NCBI GenBank assembly: GCA_964016885.1
Contig: CAXHJY010000456.1
Location: forward strand, 62,001 to 126,000
DNA: 64,000 nt
Source: Eledone cirrhosa
Lineage: Eukaryota
Direction of reading: 5' to 3'
The position numbers and the translations under genes were made by a program. The first letter of the stretch is position 1; the number at the start of each line of letters is the position of its first letter. This document shows positions 46,801 through 58,800 of the stretch, in pieces. Under the pieces are notes generated by a model, which saw only the letters and a program-made list of their open reading frames with translations, made no database searches and was not told the origin of the DNA.

Positions 46801-49800
46801 TTGTTGTTGGTGTTGGTGGTAGTGTTGTTGTTGGTGGTGGTGGTAGTGTTGTTGTTGGTGGTGGTAGTGTTGTTGTTGGTGGTGGTTGTGTTGTTGTTGG
46901 TGGTGGTGGTAGTGTTGTTGTTGGTGGTGGTGGTAGTGTTGTTGTTGGTGGTGGTGGTAGTGTTTTTGTTGGTGGTGGTGGTAGTGTTGTTGTTGTTGGT
47001 GGTGGTAGTGTTGTTGTTGTTGGTGGTCGTAGTGGTGTTGTTGGTGGTGGTAGTGTTGTTGTTGTTGGTGGTGGTAGTGTTGCTGGTGGTGGTAGTGTTG
47101 TTGTTGTTGGTGGTGGTAGTGTTGTTGTTGATGGTGGTGGTAGTGTTGTTGTTGGTGGTGGTAGTGTTGTTGTTGATGGTGGTGGTAGTGTTGTTGTTGG
47201 TGGTGGTAGTGTTGTTGTTGATGGTGGTGGTAGTGTTGTTGTTGGTGGTGGTAGTGTTGTTGTTGTTGGTGGGGGTAGTGTTGTTGTTGGTGGTGGTGGT
47301 AGTGTTGTTGTTGGTGATGGTGGTAGTGTTGTTGTTGGTGGTGGTGGTAGTGTTTTTGTTGGTGGTGGTGGTAGTGTTGTTGTTGTTGGTGGTTGTAGTG
47401 TTGTTGTTGTTGGTGGTCGTAGTGGTGTTGTTGGTGGTGGTAGTGTTGTTGTTGTTGTTGGTGGTGGTAGTGTTGCTGGTGGTGGTAGTGTTGTTGTTGT
47501 TGGTGGTGGTAGTGTTGTTGTTGATGGTGGTAGTAGTTTTGTTGTTGTTGGTGGTGGTAGTGTTGTTGTTGGTGGGGGTAGTGTTGTTGTTGATGGGGGT
47601 AGTGTTGTTGTTGGTGGTGGTGGTAGTGTTGTTGTTGGTGGTGGTAGTGTTGTTGTTGGTGGTGGTAGTGTTGTTGTTGGTGATGGTGGAGGTGTTGTTG
47701 TTGTTGGTGGTACTGTTGTTGTTGGTGGTGGTGGCAGTGTTGTTGTTGGTGGTGGTGGTAGTGTTGTTGTTGGTGGTGGTGGTAGTGTTGTTGCTGGTGG
47801 TGGTAGTGTTGTTGTTGCTGGTGGTGATAGTGTTGTTGTTGGTGGTGGTGGTAGTGTTGTTGTTGGTGGTGGTAGTGTTGTTGTTGGTGGTGGTGGTGGT
47901 GGTAGTGTTGTTGTTGTTGGTGGTGGTAGTGTTGTTGTGGGTGGTGGTAGTGTTGTTGTTGGTGGTGGTAGTGTTGTTGTTGTTGGTGGTGGTAGTGTTG
48001 TTGTTGGTGGTGGTAGCGTTGTTGATGTTGTTGGTGTTGTTGTTGTTGTTGGTGGTGGTAGTGTTGTTGTTGGTGGTGGTGGTAGTGTTGTTGGTGGTGG
48101 TGTTAGTGGTTTTGTTGGTGGTGGTAGTGTTGTTGGTGCTGGTAGTGTTGTTGGTGGTGGTGGTAGTGTCGTTGTTGGTGGTGGTAGTGTCGTTGGTGGT
48201 GGTGGTAGTGTTGTTGTTGGTGGTGGTAGTGTTGTTGTTGGTGGTGGTGGTAGTGTTGTTGGTGGTGGTGGTAGTGTTGTTGGTGGTGGTGGTGGTAGTG
48301 TTGTTGTTATTGGTGGGGGTAGTGTTGTTGTTGGTGTTGGTGGTAGTGTTGTTGTTGGTGGTGGTGGTAGTGTTGTTGTTGGTGGTGGTAGTGTTGTTGT
48401 TGGTGGTGGTTGTGTTGTTGTTGGTGGTGGTGGTAGTGTTGTTGTTGGTGGTGGTGGTAGTGTTGTTGTTGGTGGTGGTGGTAGTGTTTTTGTTGGTGGT
48501 GGTGGTAGTGTTGTTGTTGTTGGTGGTGGTAGTGTTGTTGTTGTTGGTGGTCGTAGTGGTGTTGTTGGTGGTGGTAGTGTTGTTGTTGTTGGTGGTGGTA
48601 GTGTTGCTGGTGGTGGTAGTGTTGTTGTTGTTGGTGGTGGTAGTGTTGTTGTTGATGGTGGTGGTAGTGTTGTTGTTGGTGGTGGTAGTGTTGTTGTTGA
48701 TGGTGGTGGTAGTGTTGTTGTTGGTGGTGGTAGTGTTGTTGTTGATGGTGGTGGTAGTGTTGTTGTTGTTGGTGGAGGTAGTGTTGTTGTTGTTGGTGGG
48801 GGTAGTGTTGTTGTTGGTGGTGGTGGTAGTGTTGTTGTTGGTGGTGGTGGTAGTGTTGTTGTTGGTGGTGGTGGTAGTGTTTTTGTTGGTGGTGGTGGTA
48901 GTGTTGTTGTTGTTGGTGGTGGTAGTGTTGTTGTTGTTGGTGGTCGTAGTGGTGTTGTTGGTGGTGGTAGTGTTGTTGTTGTTGTTGGTGGTGGTAGTGT
49001 TGCTGGTGGTGGTAGTGTTGTTGTTGTTGGTGGTGGTAGTGTTGTTGTTGATGGTGGTAGTAGTTTTGTTGTTGTTGGTGGTGGTAGTGTTGTTGTTGGT
49101 GGGGGTAGTGTTGTTGTTGATGGGGGTAGTGTTGTTGTTGGTGGTGGTGGTAGTGTTGTTGTTGGTGGTGGTAGTGTTGTTGTTGGTGGTGGTAGTGTTG
49201 TTGTTGGTGATGGTGGAGGTGTTGTTGTTGTTGGTGGTACTGTTGTTGTTGGTGGTGGTGGCAGTGTTGTTGTTGGTGGTGGTGGTAGTGTTGTTGTTGG
49301 TGGTGGTGGTAGTGTTGTTGTTGGTGGTGGTAGTGTTGTTGTTGCTGGTGGTGATAGTGTTGTTGTTGGTGGTGGTGGTAGTGTTGTTGTTGGTGGTGGT
49401 AGTGTTGTTGTTGGTGGTGGTAGTGTTGTTGTTGGTGGTGGTAGTGTTGTTGTTGTTGGTGGTGGTGGTAGTGTTGTTGTTGTTGGTGGTGGTAGTGTTC
49501 TTGTTGGTGGTGGTGGTAGTGTTGTTGTTGGTGGTGGTAGTGTTGTTGTTGGTGGTGGTGGTAGTGTTGTTGTTGGTGGTGGTAGTGTTGTTGTTGGTGG
49601 TGGTGGTAGTGTTGTTTTTGGTGGTGGTAGTGTTGTTGTTGGTGGGGGTAGTGTTGTTGTTGGTGGTGGTGGTAGTGTTGTTGTTGGTGGTGGTAGTGTT
49701 GTTGTTGGTGGTGGTGGTAGTGTTGTTGTTGGTGGTGGTAGTGTTGTTGTTGGTGGTGGTAGTGTTCTTGTTGGTGGTGGTAGTAGTGTTGTTGGTGGTG

Positions 49801-52800
49801 GTGGTGTTGTTGTTGGTGGTGGTGGTAGTGTTGTTGTTGGTGGTGGTGGTAGTGTTGTTGTTGGTGGTGGTGGTAGTGTTGTTGTTGGTGGTGGTGGTGT
49901 TGTTGTTGGTGGTGGTGGTGGTAGTGTTGTTGTTGGTGGTGGTAGTGTTGTTGTTGCTGGTATTGGATGTGTTGTTGTTGTTGGTGGTAGTCTTGTTGTT
50001 GGTGGTGGTAGTTTTGTTGTTGGTGGTGGTGGTGGTGGTAGTGTTATTGTCGGTGGTGGTGGTAGTGTTGTTGTTGTTGGTGGTGGTAGTGTTGTTGTTG
50101 ATGGTGGTGGTGTTTTTGTTGGTGGTGGTAGTGTTGTTGTTGGTGGTGCTGGTAGTGTTGTTGTTGTTGTTGGTGGTAGTGTTGTTGTTGGTGGTGGTGG
50201 TGGTAGTGTTGTTGTTGGTGATGGCAGTGTTGTTGTTGGTGGTGGTGGTAGTGTTGTTGTTGTTGGTTGTGGTGGTAGTGTTGTTGTTGGTGGTGGTGGT
50301 AGTGTTGTTGGTGGTGGTGGTAGTGTTTTTGTTGGTGGTGGTAGTGTTGTTGTTGGAGGTGGTGGTAGTGTTGTTGTTGGTGGTGGTGGTAGTGTTGTTG
50401 TTGGTGGTGGTAGTGTTGTTTTTGGTGGTGGTGGTAGTGTTGTTGGTGGTGGTGGTAGTGTCATTGTTGGTGGTGGTAGTGTCGTTGGTGGTGGTGGTAG
50501 TGTCGTTGTTGGTGGTGGTAGTGTTGTTGTTGGTGGTGGTGGTATTGTTGTTGGTGGTGGTGATAGTGTTGTTGTTGGTGGTGGTAGTGTTGTTGTTGGT
50601 GGTGGTGGTGGTAGTGTTGTTGTTGGTGGTGGTGGTAGTGTTGTTGGCGGTGGTGGTAGTGTTGTTGTTCGTGGTGGTGGTAGTGTTGTTGTTGGTGGTG
50701 GTAGTGTTGTTGTTGGTGATGGTGGTAGTGTTGTTGTTGGTGGTGGTGGTAGTGTTTTTGTTGTTGGTGCTGGTAGTGTCGTTGTTGTTGGTGGTAGTGT
50801 TGTTGTTGGTGGTGGTGGTGGTAGTGTTGTTGTTGGTGGTGGTAGTGTTGTTGTTGGTGGTAGTTGTAGTGTTGTTATTGGTGGTGGTGGTAGTGTTGTT
50901 GTTGTTGGTGGTGGTAGTGTTGTTGTTGGTGGTGGTGGTAGTGTTGTTGTTGGTTGTGGTGGTAGTGTTGTTGTTGTTGGTGGTGGTAGTGTTGTTGTTG
51001 TTGGTGGTGGTAGTGTTGTTGTTGGTGGTGGTGGTAGTGTTGTTGTTGTTGGTGGTGGTAGTGTTGTTGTTGGTGGTGGTAGTGTTGTTGTCGGTGGTGG
51101 TGGTAGTGTTCTTGTTGGTGGTGGTAGTGTTGTTGTTGGTGGTGGTGGTGTTGTTGTTGGTGGTGGTGGTAGTGTTGTTGTTGGTGGTGGTGGTAGTGTT
51201 GTTGTTGTTGGTGGGGGTTGTGTTGTTGTTGGTGGTGGTAGTGTTGTTGTTGGTGGTGGTGGTGTTGTTGTTGTTGGTGGTGGTAGTGTTCTTGTTGGTG
51301 GTGGTGGTAGTGTTGTTGTTGGTGGTGGTAATAGTGTTGTTGGTGGTGGTGGTAGTGTTGTTGTTGTTGGTGGTGGTAGTTTTGTTGTTGTTGGTGGTGG
51401 TAGTATTGTTGTTGGTGGTGGTGGTGTTGTTGTTGGTGGTTGTGGTGGTAGTGTTGTTGTTGGTGGTGGTAGTGTTGTTGTTGGTGGTAGTGGAAGTGTT
51501 CTTGTTGTTGGTGGTAGTGTTGTTGTGTGGTGGTAGTGTTGTTGTTGGTGGTGGTGGTAGTGTTGTTGGTGGTGGTGGTAGTGTTGTTGTTGTTGGTGGT
51601 GGTAGTGTTTTTGTTGGTGGTGGTAGTGTTGTTGTTGGTGGTGGTGGTAGTGTTGTTGTCGGTGGTGGTAGTGTTGTTGTTGTTGGTGGTGGTAGTGTTG
51701 TTGTTGGTGGTGGTAGTGTTGTTGTTGGTGGTGGTGGTAGTGTTGTTGTCGGTGGTGGTAGTGTTGTTGTTGTTGGTGGTGGTAGTGTTGTTGTTGGTGG
51801 TGGTAGTGTTGTTGTTGGTGGTGGTAGTGTTGTTGTTGGTGGTGGTGGTAGTGTTGTTGTTGGTGGTGGTAGTGTTGTTGGTGGTGGTGGTAGTGTTGTT
51901 GTTGTTGGTGGTGGTAGTGTTGTTGTTGGCGGTGGTCGTAGTGTTGTTGTTGGTGGTGGTAGTGTTGTTGTTGGTGGTGGTAGTGTTGTTGTTGGTGGTG
52001 GTGGTAGTGTTGTTGTTGGTGGTGGTAGTGTTGTCGTTGTTGGTGGTAGTGTTGTTGTTGGTGGTGGTGGTAGTGTTGTTGGTGGTGGTGGTGGTGGTAG
52101 TGTTGTTGTTGGTGGTGGTAGTGTTGTTGTTGTTGTTGGTGGTGGTAGTGTTGTTGTTGGTGGTGGTGGTAGTGTTGTTGTTGGTGGTGGTAGTGTTGTT
52201 GCTGGTGGTAGTGGTAGTGTTGTTGTTGGTGGTGGTAGCATTGTTGTTGGTGGTGGTGGTGTTGTTGTTGGTGGTGGTGGTAGTGTTGTTGTTGGTGGTG
52301 GTAGCATTGTTGTTGGTGGTAGGGGTGTTGTTGTTGGTGGTGGTGGTAGTGTTGTTGTTGGTGGTGGTGGTAGTGTTGTTGTTGGTGGTGGTAGTGTTGT
52401 TGTTGGTGGTGGTGGTAGTGTTGTTGTTGGTGGTGGTAGCATTGTTGTTGGTGGTAGGGGTGTTGTTGTTGTTGGTGGTGGTAGTGTTGTTGTTGGTGGT
52501 GGTAGTGTTGTTGTTGGTGGTGGTGGTAGTGTTATTGGTGGAAGTGTTAGTGGTGTTGTTGGTGGTGGTAGTGTTGTTTTTGGTGGTGGTGGTAGTGTCG
52601 TTGTTGGTGGTGGTAGTGTCGTTGGTGGTGGTGGTAGTGTTGTTGCTGGTGGTAGTGGTAGTGTTGTTGTTGGTGGTGGTAGCATTGTTGTTGGTGGTAG
52701 GGGTGTTGTTGTTGGTGGTGGTGGTAGTGTTGTTGTTGGTGGTTGTAGTGTTGTTGTTGGTGGTGGTGGTAGTGTTATTGGTGGAGGTGTTAGTGGTGTT

Positions 52801-55800
52801 GTTGGTGGTGGTAGTGTTGTTTTTGGTGGTGGTGGTAGTGTCGTTGTTGGTGGTGGTAGTGTCGTTGGTGGTGGTGGTAGTGTTGTTGTTGGTGGTGGTA
52901 GTGTTGTTGTTGGTGGTGGTGGTAGTCTTGTTGGTGGTGGTAGTGTTGTTGTTGGTGGTGGTAGTGTCGTTGGTGGTGGTAGTAGTGTTGTTGTTGTTGT
53001 TGGTGGTGGTAGTGTTGTTGTTGGTGGTGGTGTTAGTGGTGTTGTTGGTGGTGGTAGTGTTGTTGTTGGTGGTGGTGGTAGTGTTGTTGGTGGTGGTGGT
53101 TGTGTTGTTGGTGGTGGTGGTAGTGTTGTTGTTGGTGGTGGTGGTAGTGTTGTTGTTGGTGGTGGTAGTGTTGTTGTTGGTGGTGGTGGTAGTGTTGTTG
53201 TTGGTGGTGGTAGTGTTGTTGTTGGTGTTGGTGGTAGTGTTGTTGTTGGTGGTGGTAGTGTTGTTGTTGGTGGTGGTGTTAGTGGTGTTGTTGGTGGTCG
53301 TGGTGGTAGTGTTGTTGTTGTTGGTGGTGGTAGTGTTGTCGTTGTTGGTGGTGGTGGTAGTGTTGTTGTTGTTGGTGGGGGTAGTGTTGTTGTTGGTGGT
53401 GGTGGTAGTGTTGTTGTTGTTGGTGGGGGTAGTGTTGTTGTTGTTGGTGGTGGTAGTGTTGTTGTTGGTGGTGGTAGTGTTGATGTTGGTGGTGGTGGTA
53501 GTGTTGTTGTTGTTGGTGGTGGTAGTGTTGTTGTTATTGGTGGGGGTAGTGTTGTTGTTGGTGTTGGTGGTAGTGTTGTTGTTGGTGGTGGTGGTAGTGT
53601 TGTTGTTGGTGGTGGTAGTGTTGTTGTTGGTGGTGGTTGTGTTGTTGTTGGTGGTGGTGGTAGTGTTGTTGTTGGTGGTGGTGGTAGTGTTGTTGTTGGT
53701 GGTGGTGGTAGTGTTTTTGTTGGTGGTGGTGGTAGTGTTGTTGTTGTTGGTGGTGGTAGTGTTGTTGTTGTTGGTGGTCGTAGTGGTGTTGTTGGTGGTG
53801 GTAGTGTTGTTGTTGTTGGTGGTGGTAGTGTTGCTGGTGGTGGTAGTGTTGTTGTTGTTGGTGGTGGTAGTGTTGTTGTTGATGGTGGTGGTAGTGTTGT
53901 TGTTGGTGGTGGTAGTGTTGTTGTTGATGGTGTTGGTAGTGTTGTTGTTGGTGGTGGTAGTGTTGTTGTTGATGGTGGTGGTAGTGTTGTTGTTGGTGGT
54001 GGTAGTGTTGTTGTTGTTGGTGGGGGTAGTGTTGTTGTTGGTGGTGGTGGTAGTGTTGTTGTTGGTGATGGTGGTAGTGTTGTTGTTGGTGGTGGTGGTA
54101 GTGTTTTTGTTGGTGGTGGTGGTAGTGTTGTTGTTGTTGGTGGTTGTAGTGTTGTTGTTGTTGGTGGTCGTAGTGGTGTTGTTGGTGGTGGTAGTGTTGT
54201 TGTTGTTGTTGGTGGTGGTAGTGTTGCTGGTGGTGGTAGTGTTGTTGTTGTTGGTGGTGGTAGTGTTGTTGTTGATGGTGGTAGTAGTTTTGTTGTTGTT
54301 GGTGGTGGTAGTGTTGTTGTTGGTGGGGGTAGTGTTGTTGTTGATGGGGGTAGTGTTGTTGTTGGTGGTGGTGGTAGTGTTGTTGTTGGTGGTGGTAGTG
54401 TTGTTGTTGGTGGTGGTGGTAGTGTTGTTGGTGGTGGTGGTAGTGTTGTTGGTGGTGGTGGTGGTAGTGTTGTTGTTATTGGTGGGGGTAGTGTTGTTGT
54501 TGGTGTTGGTGGTAGTGTTGTTGTTGGTGGTGGTGGTAGTGTTGTTGTTGGTGGTGGTAGTGTTGTTGTTGGTGGTGGTTGTGTTGTTGTTGGTGGTGGT
54601 GGTAGTGTTGTTGTTGGTGGTGGTGGTAGTGTTTTTGTTGGTGGTGGTGGTAGTGTTGTTGTTGTTGGTGGTGGTAGTGTTGTTGTTGTTGGTGGTCGTA
54701 GTGGTGTTGTTGGTGGTGGTAGTGTTGTTGTTGTTGGTGGTGGTAGTGTTGCTGGTGGTGGTAGTGTTGTTGTTGTTGGTGGTGGTAGTGTTGTTGTTGA
54801 TGGTGGTGGTAGTGTTGTTGTTGGTGGTGGTAGTGTTGTTGTTGATGGTGGTGGTAGTGTTGTTGTTGGTGGTGGTAGTGTTGTTGTTGATGGTGGTGGT
54901 AGTGTTGTTGTTGTTGGTGGAGGTAGTGTTGTTGTTGTTGGTGGGGGTAGTGTTGTTGTTGGTGGTGGTGGTAGTGTTGTTGTTGGTGGTGGTGGTAGTG
55001 TTGTTGTTGGTGGTGGTGGTAGTGTTTTTGTTGGTGGTGGTGGTAGTGTTGTTGTTGTTGGTGGTGGTAGTGTTGTTGTTGTTGGTGGTCGTAGTGGTGT
55101 TGTTGGTGGTGGTAGTGTTGTTGTTGTTGTTGGTGGTGGTAGTGTTGCTGGTGGTGGTAGTGTTGTTGTTGTTGGTGGTGGTAGTGTTGTTGTTGATGGT
55201 GGTAGTAGTTTTGTTGTTGTTGGTGGTGGTAGTGTTGTTGTTGGTGGGGGTAGTGTTGTTGTTGATGGGGGTAGTGTTGTTGTTGGTGGTGGTGGTAGTG
55301 TTGTTGTTGGTGGTGGTAGTGTTGTTGTTGGTGGTGGTAGTGTTGTTGTTGGTGATGGTGGAGGTGTTGTTGTTGTTGGTGGTACTGTTGTTGTTGGTGG
55401 TGGTGGCAGTGTTGTTGTTGGTGGTGGTGGTAGTGTTGTTGTTGGTGGTGGTGGTAGTGTTGTTGTTGGTGGTGGTAGTGTTGTTGTTGCTGGTGGTGAT
55501 AGTGTTGTTGTTGGTGGTGGTGGTAGTGTTGTTGTTGGTGGTGGTAGTGTTGTTGTTGGTGGTGGTAGTGTTGTTGTTGGTGGTGGTAGTGTTGTTGTTG
55601 TTGTTGGTGGTGGTGGTAGTGTTGTTGTTGTTGGTGGTGGTAGTGTTGTTGTGGGTGGTGGTAGTGTTGTTGTTGGTGGTGGTAGTGTTGTTGTTGTTGG
55701 TGGTGGTAGTGTTGTTGTTGGTGGTGGTAGCGTTGTTGATGTTGTTGGTGTTGTTGTTGTTGTTGGTGGTGGTAGTGTTGTTGTTGGTGGTGGTGGTAGT

Positions 55801-58800
55801 GTTGTTGGTGGTGGTGTTAGTGGTGTTGTTGGTGGTGGTAGTGTTGTTGGTGCTGGTAGTGTTGTTGGTGGTGGTGGTAGTGTCGTTGTTGGTGGTGGTA
55901 GTGTCGTTGGTGGTGGTGGTAGTGTTGTTGTTGGTGGTGGTAGTGTTGTTGTTGGTGGTGGTGGTAGTGTTGTTGGTGGTGGTGGTAGTGTTGTTGGTGG
56001 TGGTGGTAGTGTTGTTGTTGGTGGTGGTAGTGTTGTTGTTGTTGTTGGTGGTGGTGTTAGTGGTGTTGTTGGTGGTGGTAGTGTTGTTGTTGGTGGTGGT
56101 GGTAGTGTTGTTGGTGGTGGTGGTAGTGTTGTTGTTGGTGGTGGTGGTAGTGTTGTTGTTGGTGGTGGTAGTGTTGTTGTTGGTGGTGGTGGTGTTGTTG
56201 TTTTTGGTGGTGGTGGTGTTGTTGTTGGTGGTGGTAGTGTTGTTGGTGGTGGTAGTGTTGTTGTTGGTGGTGGTGGTAGTGTTGTTGTCGGTGGTGGTAG
56301 TGTTGTTGTTGGTGGTGGTAGTGTTGTTTTTGGTGGTGGTAGTGTTGTTTTTGTTGGTGGTGGTGGTGTTGTTGTTGGTGGTAGTGTTGTTGTTGGTGGT
56401 GGTGGTAGTGTTGTTGTTGGTGGTGGTGGTAGTGTTGTTGTTGTTGTTGGTGGTGGTGTTGTTGTTGGTGGTAGTGTTGTTGTTGGTGGTGGTAGTGTTG
56501 TTGTTGTTGGTGGGGGTAGTGTTGTTGTTGGTGGTGGTAGTGTTGTTGTTGGTGGTGGTAGTGTTGTTGTTGGTGGTGGTAGTATTGTTGTTGGTGGTGG
56601 AGGTAGTGTTGTTGTTGGTGGTGGTAGTGTTGTTGTTGGTGGTGGTGGTAGTGTTGTTGTTGGTGGTGGTGGTAGTGTTGTTGTTGGTGGTGGTAGTGTT
56701 GTTGTTGGTGGTGGTGGTAGTGTTGTTTTTGGTGGTGGTAGTGTTGTTGTTGGTGGGGGTAGTGTTGTTGTTGGTGGTGGTAGTGTTGTTGTTGGTGGTG
56801 GTAGTGTTGTTGTTGGTGGTGGTAGTGTTGTTGTTGGTGGGGGTAGTGTTGTTGTTGGTGGTGGTGGTAGTGTTGTTTTTGGTGGTGGTAGTGTTGTTGT
56901 TGGTGGGGGTAGTGTTGTTGTTGGTGGTGGTGGTAGTGTTGTTGTTGGTGGTGGTAGTGTTGTTGTTGGTGGTGGTAGTGTTGTTGTTGGTGGTGGTGGT
57001 AGTGTTGTTGTTGGTGGTGGTAGTGTTGTTGTTGGTGGTGGTGGTAGTGTTGTTTTTGGTGGTGGTAGTGTTGTTGTTGGTGGGGGTAGTGTTGTTGTTG
57101 GTAGTGGTGGTAGTGTTGTTGTTGGTGGTGGTAGTGTTGTTGTTGGTGGTGGTAGTGTTGTTGTTGGTGGTGGTGGTAGTGTTGTTGTTGGTGGTGGTAG
57201 TGTTGTTGTTGGTGGTGGTAGTGTTGTTGTTGGTGGTGGTGGTAGTGTTGTTGTTGGTGGTGGTAGTGTTGTTGTTGGTGGTGGTGGTAGTGTTGTTGTT
57301 GGTGGTGGTAGTGTTGTTGTTGGTGGTGGTAGTGTTGTTGTTGGTGGTCGTAGTGTTGTTGTTGGTGGTGGTAGTGTTGTTGTTGGTGGTGGTAGTGTTG
57401 TTGTTGGTGGTGGTAGTAGTGTTGTTGTTGGTGGTGGTAGTCTTGTTGTTGGTGGTGGTGGTAGTGTTGTTTTTGGTGGTGGTAGTGTTGTTGTTGGTGG
57501 TGGTGGTAGTGTTGTTGTTGGTGGTGGTAGTGTTGTTGTTGGTGGTGGTTGTGTTCTTGTTGGTGGTGGTAGTAGTGTTGTTGGTGGTGGTGGTGTTGTT
57601 GTTGGTGGTGGTGGTAGTGTTGTTGTTGGTGGTGGTGGTAGTGTTGTTATTGGTGGTGGTGGTAGTGTTGTTGTTGGTGGTGGTGGTGTTGTTGTTGGTG
57701 GTGGTGGTGGTAGTGTTGTTGTTGGTGGTGGTAGTGTTGTTGTTGCTGGTATTGGATGTGTTGTTGTTGTTGGTGGTAGTCTTGTTGTTGGTGGTGGTAG
57801 TTTTGTTGTTGTTGGTGGTGGTGGTGGTAGTGTTGTTGTCGGTGGTGGTGGTAGTGTTGTTGTTGTTGGTGGTGGTAGTGTTGTTGTTGATGGTGGTGGT
57901 GTTGTTGTTGGTGGTGGTAGTGTTGTTGTTGGTGGTGCTGGTAGTGTTGTTGTTGTTGGTGGTAGTGTTGTTGTTGGTGGTGGTGGTGGTAGTGTTGTTG
58001 TTGGTGGTGGTAGTGTTGTTGTTGGTGGTGGTGGTAGTGTTGTTGTTGTTGGTTGTGGTGGTAGTGTTGTTGTTGGTGGTGGTGGTAGTGTTGTTGGTGG
58101 TGGTGGTAGTGTTGTTGTTGGTGGTGGTAGTGTTGTTGTTGGAGGTGGTGGTAGTGTTGTTGTTGGTGGTGGTGGTAGTGTTGTTGGTGGTGGTGATAGT
58201 GTTGTTGTTGGTGGTGGTAGTGTTGTTGTTGGTGGTGCTGGTAGTGTCGTTGTTGTTGGTGGTAGTGTTGTTGTTGGTGGTGGTGGTGGTAGTGTTGTTG
58301 TTGGTGGTGGTAGTGTTGTTGTTGGTGGTAGTTGTAGTGTTGTTATTGGTGGTGGTGGTAGTGTTGTTGTTGTTGGTGGTGGTGGTGGTGTTGTTGGTGG
58401 TGGTGGTGTTGTTGTTGGTGGTGGTGGTAGTGTCATTGTTGGTGGTGGTAGTGTCATTGTTGGTGGTGGTGGTGTTGTTGTTGGTGGTGGTGGTAGTGTC
58501 GTTGGTGGTGGTGGTAGTGTTGTTGTTGGTGGTGGTAGTGTTGATGTTGGTGGTGGTGGTATTGTTGTTGGTGGTGGTGATAGTGTTGTTGTTGGTGGTG
58601 GTAGTGTTGTTGTTGGTGGTGGTGGTGGTAGTGTTGTTGTTGGTGGTGGTGGTAGTGTTGTTGGTGGTGGTGATAGTGTTGTTGTTGGTGGTGGTAGTGT
58701 TGTTGTTGGTGGTGCTGGTAGTGTCGTTGTTGTTGGTGGTAGTGTTGTTGTTGTTGGTGGTGGTGGTAGTGTTGTTGTTGGTGGTGTTAGTGTTGTTGTT